Shown here one piece after another: positions 55,901-64,000 of a stretch of 64,000 nt of DNA. The stretch is taken from NCBI GenBank assembly GCA_964057225.1, contig OZ059896.1, positions 4,960,001 to 5,024,000 of the forward strand, in the 5' to 3' direction. Within the stretch, counting starts at the first letter, position 1; every line of letters begins with the position of its first letter. Source of the DNA: Auanema rhodensis. Lineage: Eukaryota > Animalia > Nematoda. The notes below the pieces were generated by a model that worked only from the letters and a program-made list of their open reading frames with translations, was not told where the DNA came from and did no database searches. Made by a program: the position numbers and the translations under genes.

Positions 55901-58900
55901 TAATATGGACATGGGGAATCTAATTTTGAAAACCGCATCTTTTTATCTTTCACGTGAAGCGAGTTACATACCAAGTGCACATCACGTGTACATTTAATTA
56001 GCATAAATTAAAGTTCACGTAAATTTCAAAGTCATGGTTACCATGCACCAATATCAATAAAATTTTGTTTTTAGACTAATATGGACATGGGGAATCTAAT
56101 TTTGAAAACCGCATCTCTTTATCTTTCAAGTGAAGCGAGTTAAATACCAAGTGCACATCACGTGTACATTTAATTAGCATAAATTAAAGTTCACGTAAAT
56201 TTCAAAGTCATGGTTACCATGAACCAATATCAATAAAAATTTGTTTTCAAACTAATATGGACATGGGGATTCTAATTTTGAAAACCGCATCTCTTTATCT
56301 TTCACGTGAAGCGAGTTACATACCAAGTGCACATCACGTGTACATTTAATTAGCATAAATTAAAGTTCACGTAAAATTCAAAGTCATGGTTACCATGCAC
56401 CAATATCAATAAAATTTTGTTTTTAGACTAATATGGACATGGGGAATCTAATTTTGAAAACCGCATCTTTTTATCTTTCACGTGAAGCGAGTTACATACC
56501 AAGTGCACATCACGTGTACATTTAATTAGCATAAATTAAAGTTCACGTAAATTTCAAAGTCATGGTTACCATGCACCAATATCAATAAAATTTTGTTTTT
56601 AGACTAATATGGACATGGGGAATCTAATTTTGAAAACCGCATCTCTTTATCTTTCAAGTGAAGCGAGTTAAATACCAAGTGCACATCACGTGTACATTTA
56701 ATTAGCATAAATTAAAGTTCACGTAAATTTCAAAGTCATGGTTACCATGAACCAATATCAATAAAAATTTGTTTTCAAACTAATATGGACATGGGGATTC
56801 TAATTTTGAAAACCGCATCTCTTTATCTTTCACGTGAAGCGAGTTACATACCAAGTGCACATCACGTGTACATTTAATTAGCATAAATTAAAGTTCACGT
56901 AAATTTCAAAGTCATGGTTACCATGAACCAATATCAATAAAAATTTGTTTTTAGACTAATATGGACATGGAGAATCTAATTTTGAAAACCGCATCTCTTT
57001 ATCTTTCAAGTGAAGCGAGTTAAATACCAAGTGCACATCACGTGTACATTTAATTAGCATAAATTAAAGTTCACGTAAATTTCAAAGTCATGGTTGCCAT
57101 GAACCAATATCAATAAAAATTTGTTTTTAAACTAATATGGACATGGGGAATCTAATTTTGAAAACCGCATCTCTTTATCTTTCACGTGAAGCGAGTTACA
57201 TACCAAGTGCACATCACGTGTACATTTAATTAGTATAAATTAAAGTTCACGTAAATTTCAAAGTCATGGTTACCATGAACCAATATCAATAAAAATTTGT
57301 TTTTAGACTAATATGGACATGGGGAATCTAATTTTGAAAATCGCATCTCTTTATCTTTCACGTGAAGCGAGTTACATACCAAGTGCACATCACGTGTACA
57401 TTTAATTAGCATAAATTAAAGTTCACGTAAATTTCAAAGTCATGGTTACCATGAACCAATATCAATAAGAATTTGTTTTTAAACTAATATGGACATGGGG
57501 AATCTAATTTTGAAAACCGCATCTCTTTATCTTTCACGTGAAGCGAGTTACATACCAAGTGCACATCACGTGTACATTTAATTAGCATAAATTAAAGTTC
57601 ACGTAAATTTCAAAGTCATGGTTACCATGAACCAATATCAATAAAAATTTGTTTTTAAACTAATATGGACATGGGGAATCTAATTTTGAAAACCGCATCT
57701 CTTTATCTTTCACGTGAAGCGAGTTACATACCAAGTGCACATCACGTGTACATTTAATTAGCATAAATTAAAGTTCACGTAAATTTCAAAGTCATGGTTA
57801 CCATGAACCAATATCAATAAAAATTTGTTTTTAGACTAATATGGACATGGAGAATCTAATTTTGAAAACCGCATCTCTTTATCTTTCAAGTGAAGCGAGT
57901 TAAATACCAAGTGCACATCACGTGTACATTTAATTAGCATAAATTAAAGTTCACGTAAATTTCAAAGTCATGGTTACCATGAACCAATATCAATAAAAAT
58001 TTGTTTTTAAACTAATATGGACATGGGGAATCTAATTTTGAAAACCGCATCTCTTTATCTTTCACGTGAAGCGAGTTACATACCAAGTGCACATCACGTG
58101 TACATTTAATTAGCATAAATTAAAGTTCACGTAAAATTCAAAGTCATGGTTACCATGCACCAATATCAATAAAATTTTGTTTTTAGACTAATATGGACAT
58201 GGGGAATCTAATTTTGAAAACCGCATCTTTTTATCTTTCACGTGAAGCGAGTTACATACCAAGTGCACATCACGTGTACATTTAATTAGCATAAATTAAA
58301 GTTCACGTAAATTTCAAAGTCATGGTTACCATGCACCAATATCAATAAAATTTTGTTTTTAGACTAATATGGACATGGGGAATCTAATTTTGAAAACCGC
58401 ATCTCTTTATCTTTCAAGTGAAGCGAGTTAAATACCAAGTGCACATCACGTGTACATTTAATTAGCATAAATTAAAGTTCACGTAAATTTCAAAGTCATG
58501 GTTACCATGAACCAATATCAATAAAAATTTGTTTTCAAACTAATATGGACATGGGGATTCTAATTTTGAAAACCGCATCTCTTTATCTTTCACGTGAAGC
58601 GAGTTACATACCAAGTGCACATCACGTGTACATTTAATTAGCATAAATTAAAGTTCACGTAAAATTCAAAGTCATGGTTACCATGCACCAATATCAATAA
58701 AATTTTGTTTTTAGACTAATATGGACATGGGGAATCTAATTTTGAAAACCGCATCTTTTTATCTTTCACGTGAAGCGAGTTACATACCAAGTGCACATCA
58801 CGTGTACATTTAATTAGCATAAATTAAAGTTCACGTAAATTTCAAAGTCATGGTTACCATGCACCAATATCAATAAAATTTTGTTTTTAGACTAATATGG

Positions 58901-61900
58901 ACATGGGGAATCTAATTTTGAAAACCGCATCTCTTTATCTTTCACGTGAAGCGAGTTACATACCAAGTGCACATCACGTGTACATTTAATTAGCATAAAT
59001 TAAAGTTCACGTAAATTTCAAACTCATGGTTACCATGCACCAATATCAATAAAAATTTGTTTTTAGACTAATATGGACATGGAGAATCTATTTTTAAAAA
59101 CCGCATCTCTTTATCTTTCACGTGAAGCGAGTTACATACCAAGTGCACATCACGTGTACATTTAATTAGCATAAATTAAAGTTCACGTAAATTTCAAAGT
59201 CATGGTTACCATGCACCAATATCAATAAAATTTTGTTTTTAGACTAATATGGACATGGGGAATCTAATTTTGAAAACCGCATCTCTTTATCTTTCACGTG
59301 AAGCGAGTTACATACCAAGTGCACATCACGTGTACATTTAATTAGCATAAATTAAAGTTCACGTAAATTTCAAACTCATGGTTACCATGCACCAATATCA
59401 ATAAAATTTTGTTTTTAGACTAATATGGACATGGGGAATCTAATTTTGAAAACCGCATCTCTTTATCTTTCACGTGAAGCGAGTTACATTCCAAGTGCAC
59501 ATCACGTGTACATTTAATTAGCATAAATTAAAGTTCACGTAAATTTCAAAGTCATGGTTACCATGCACCAATATCAATAAAAATTTGTTTTTAGACTAAT
59601 ATGGACATGGGGAATTTAATTTTGAAAACCGCATCTTTTTATCTTTCACGTGAAGCGAGTTACATACCAAGTGCACATCACGTGTACATTTAATTAGCAT
59701 AAATTAAAGTTCACGAAAATTTCAAACTCATGGTTACCATGCACCAATATCAATAAAAATTTGTTTTTAGACTAATATGGACATGGAGAATCTAATTTTG
59801 AAAACCGCATCTCTTTATCTTTCACGTGAAGCGAGTTACATACCAAGTGCACATCACGTGTACATTTAATTAGCATAAATTAAAGTTCACGTAAATTTCA
59901 AAGTCATGGTTACCATGAACCAATATCAATAAAAATTTGTTTTTAGACTAATATGGACATGGAGAATCTAATTTTGAAAACCGCATCTCTTTATCTTTCA
60001 AGTGAAGCGAGTTAAATACCAAGTGCACATCACGTGTACATTTAATTAGCATAAATTAAAGTTCACGTAAATTTCAAAGTCATGGTTGCCATGAACCAAT
60101 ATCAATAAAAATTTGTTTTTAAACTAATATGGACATGGGGAATCTAATTTTGAAAACCGCATCTCTTTATCTTTCACGTGAAGCGAGTTACATTCCAAGT
60201 GCACATCACGTGTACATTTAATTAGCATAAATTAAAGTTCACGTAAATTTCAAAGTCATGGTTACCATGCACCAATATCAATAAAAATTTGTTTTTAGAC
60301 TAATATGGACATGGGGAATCTAATTTTGAAAACCGCATCTTTTTATCTTTCACGTGAAGCGAGTTACATACCAAGTGCACATCACGTGTACATTTAATTA
60401 GCATAAATTAAAGTTCACGTAAATTTCAAACTCATGGTTACCATGCACCAATATCAATAAAAATTTGTTTTTAGACTAATATGGACATGGAGAATCTAAT
60501 TTTGAAAACCGCATCTCTTTATCTTTCACGTGAAGCGAGTTACATACCAAGTGCACATCACGTGTACATTTAATTAGCATAAATTAAAGTTCACGTAAAT
60601 TTCAAAGTCATGGTTACCATGAACCAATATCAATAAAAATTTGTTTTTAGACTAATATGGACATGGAGAATCTAATTTTGAAAACCGCATCTCTTTATCT
60701 TTCAAGTGAAGCGAGTTAAATACCAAGTGCACATCACGTGTACATTTAATTAGCATAAATTAAAGTTCACGTAAATTTCAAAGTCATGGTTGCCATGAAC
60801 CAATATCAATAAAAATTTGTTTTTAAACTAATATGGACATGGGGAATCTAATTTTGAAAACCGCATCTCTTTATCTTTCACGTGAAGCGAGTTACATACC
60901 AAGTGCACATCACGTGTACATTTAATTAGTATAAATTAAAGTTCACGTAAATTTCAAAGTCATGGTTACCATGAACCAATATCAATAAAAATTTGTTTTT
61001 AGACTAATATGGACATGGGAAATCTAATTTTGAAAACCGCATCTCTTTATCTTTCACGTGAAGCGAGTTACATACCAAGTGCACATCACGTGTACATTTA
61101 ATTAGCATAAATTAAAGTTCACGTAAATTTCAAAGTCATGGTTACCATGAACCATTATCGATAAGAATTTGTTTTTAAACTAATATGGACATGGGGAATC
61201 TAATTTTGAAAACCGCATCTCTTTATCTTTCAAGTGAAGCGAGTTACATACCAAGTGCACATCACGTGTACATTTAATTAGCATAAATTAAAGTTCACGT
61301 AAATTTCAAAGTCATGGTTACCATGAACCAATATCAATAAGAATTTGTTTTTAAACTAATATGGACATGGGGAATCTAATTTTGAAAACCGCATCTCTTT
61401 ATCTTTCACGTGAAGCGAGTTACATACCAAGTGCACATCACGTGTACATTTAATTAGCATAAATTAAAGTTCACGTAAATTTCAAAGTCATGGTTACCAT
61501 GAACCAATATCAATAAAAATTTGTTTTTAAACTAATATGGACATGGGGAATCTAATTTTGAAAACCGCATCTCTTTATCTTTCACGTGAAGCGAGTTACA
61601 TACCAAGTGCACATCACGTGTACATTTAATTAGCATAAATTAAAGTTCACGTAAATTTCAAAGTCATGGTTACCATGAACCAATATCAATAAAAATTTGT
61701 TTTTAGACTAATATGGACATGGAGAATCTAATTTTGAAAACCGCATCTCTTTATCTTTCAAGTGAAGCGAGTTAAATACCATGTGCACATCACGTGTACA
61801 TTTAATTAGCATAAATTAAAGTTCACGTAAATTTCAAAGTCATGGTTACCATGAACCAATATCAATAAAAATTTGTTTTTAAACTAATATGGACATGGGG

Positions 61901-64000
61901 AATCTAATTTTGAAAACCGCATCTCTTTATCTTTCACGTGAAGCGAGTTACATACCAAGTGCACATCACGTGTACATTTAATTAGCATAAATTAAAGTTC
62001 ACGTAAATTTCAAAGTCATGGTTACCATGAACCAATATCAATAAAAATTTGTTTTTAGACTAATATGGACATGGGGAATCTAATTTTGAAAACCGCATCT
62101 CTTTATCTTTCACGTGAAGCGAGTTACATACCAAGTGCACATCACGTGTACATTTAATTAGCATAAATTAAAGTTCACGTAAATTTCAAAGTCATGGTTA
62201 CCATGAACCATTATCGATAAGAATTTGTTTTTAAACTAATATGGACATGGGGAATCTAATTTTGAAAACCGCATCTCTTTATCTTTCAAGTGAAGCGAGT
62301 TACATACCAAGTGCACATCACGTGTACATTTAATTAGCATAAATTAAAGTTCACGTAAATTTCAAAGTCATGGTTACCATGAACCAATATCAATAAGAAT
62401 TTGTTTTTAAACTAATATGGACATGGGGAATCTAATTTTGAAAACCGCATCTCTTTATCTTTCACGTGAAGCGAGTTACATACCAAGTGCACATCACGTG
62501 TACATTTAATTAGCATAAATTAAAGTTCACGTAAATTTCAAAGTCATGGTTACCATGAACCAATATCAATAAAAATTTGTTTTTAAACTAATATGGACAT
62601 GGGGAATCTAATTTTGAAAACCGCATCTCTTTATCTTTCACGTGAAGCGAGTTACATACCAAGTGCACATCACGTGTACATTTAATTAGCATAAATTAAA
62701 GTTCACGTAAATTTCAAAGTCATGGTTACCATGAACCAATATCAATAAAAATTTGTTTTTAGACTAATATGGACATGGAGAATCTAATTTTGAAAACCGC
62801 ATCTCTTTATCTTTCAAGTGAAGCGAGTTAAATACCAAGTGCACATCACGTGTACATTTAATTAGCATAAATTAAAGTTCACGTAAATTTCAAAGTCATG
62901 GTTACCATGAACCAATATCAATAAAAATTTGTTTTTAAACTAATATGGACATGGGGAATCTAATTTTGAAAACCGCATCTCTTTATCTTTCACGTGAAGC
63001 GAGTTACATACCAAGTGCACATCACGTGTACATTTAATTAGCATAAATTAAAGTTCACGTAAATTTCAAAGTCATGGTTACCATGAACCAATATCAATAA
63101 AAATTTGTTTTTAGACTAATATGGACATGGGGAATCTAATTTTGAAAACCGCATCTCTTTATCTTTCACGTGAAGCGAGTTACATACCAAGTGCACATCA
63201 CGTGTACATTTAATTAGCATAAATTAAAGTTCACGTAAATTTCAAAGTCATGGTTACCATGAACCAATATCAATAAAAATTTGTTTTTAGACTAATATGG
63301 ACATGGGGAATCTAATTTTGAAAACCGCATCTCTTTATCTTTCACGTGAAGCGAGTTACATACCAAGTGCACATCACGTGTACATTTAATTAGCATAAAT
63401 TAAAGTTCACGTAAATTTCAAAGTCATGGTTACCATGAACCAATATCAATAAGAATTTGTTTTTAAACTAATATGGACATGGGGAATCTAATTTTGAAAA
63501 CCGCATCTCTTTATCTTTCAAGTGAAGCGAGTTACATACCAAGTGCACATCACGTGTACATTTAATTAGCATAAATTAAAGTTCACGTAAATTTCAAAGT
63601 CATGGTTACCATGAACCAATATCAATAAGAATTTGTTTTTAAACTAATATGGACATGGGGAATCTAATTTTGAAAACCGCATCTCTTTATCTTTCACGTG
63701 AAGCGAGTTACATACCAAGTGCACATCACGTGTACATTTAATTAGCATAAATTAAAGTTCACGTAAATTTCAAAGTCATGGTTACCATGAACCAATATCA
63801 ATAAGAATTTGTTTTTAAACTAATATGGACATGGGGAATCTAATTTTGAAAACCGCATCTCTTTATCTTTCAAGTGAAGCGAGTTACATACCAAGTGCAC
63901 ATCACGTGTACATTTAATTAGCATTAATTAAAGTTCACGTAAATTTCAAAGTCATGGTTACCATGAACCAATATCAATAAAAATTTGTTTTCAAACTAAT
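52948..64000. repeat. Satellite haplotype domain D; short nested duplications, no indels
   Basis: Returns to an AAAGTC/GAACC background. Private variants: TTTAAACT, TTCAAGTG..GTTAAATAC, GTTGCCATG, TAGTATAA, CATTATCGATAAGA, ATAAGAAT, TTTCAAACT..GGGATTCT and GTAAAATTC. Confidence 0.85.

Larger units (their letters stand above)
1..64000. repeat. Tandem satellite array, 176-bp monomer, ~363.8 copies, head-to-tail, probably centromeric or pericentromeric
   Basis: The unit TCTTTATCTTTCACGTGAAGCGAGTTACATACCAAGTGCACATCACGTGTACATTTAATTAGCATAAATTAAAGTTCACGTAAATTTCAAAGTCATGGTTACCATGAACCAATATCAATAAAAATTTGTTTTTAGACTAATATGGACATGGGGAATCTAATTTTGAAAACCGCATC recurs at 1, 177, 353 and so on. The last unit starts at 63860 = 1 + 363x176 - 29. 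Monomers differ by only a few substitutions. The array runs off both ends of the window. The repeat is directly seen; the centromeric role is inferred from unit length and homogeneity. Confidence 0.99.

Noticed and set aside
1-64000. CRISPR array or other repeat-spacer system
   Set aside because: There are no unique spacers. The entire 176 bp is repeated with only point variants, and no cas or other genes are present.
1-64000. Hidden transposon insertion, inversion or unique island
   Set aside because: Phase arithmetic closes exactly (last unit at 1 + 363x176 - 29, with 5x3 + 14x1 bp deleted), and I saw no non-satellite or reverse-orientation sequence on reading through.

Overview
The whole 64-kb window is one uninterrupted, single-orientation, head-to-tail array of a 176-bp AT-rich (~32% GC) satellite monomer: 363 complete units plus a 141-bp partial unit. 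It is most likely eukaryotic centromeric or pericentromeric satellite DNA; I cannot assign the family or organism. I see no credible genes, RNA genes, transposons or CRISPR arrays, and no novel coding system. The 20 listed 60-aa ORFs are satellite monomers in which a single minus-strand stop codon is mutated. The structure of interest lies in the variants. There are four haplotype domains (A ~1-6.3 kb, B ~6.3-33.2 kb, C ~33.2-52.9 kb, D ~52.9-64 kb), each with its own higher-order repeats (offsets of 16/22, ~25 with range 18-31, 20/21/29, and 3-35 monomers). Only two indel alleles occur: a 3-bp deletion (5 copies) and a 1-bp deletion (14 copies), which together account exactly for the 29-bp phase drift. 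The monomer is dense in dyad symmetries, carries three CACGT cores spaced 32-33 bp apart, and has a degenerate CENP-B-box-like 17-mer. All counts were made by eye.
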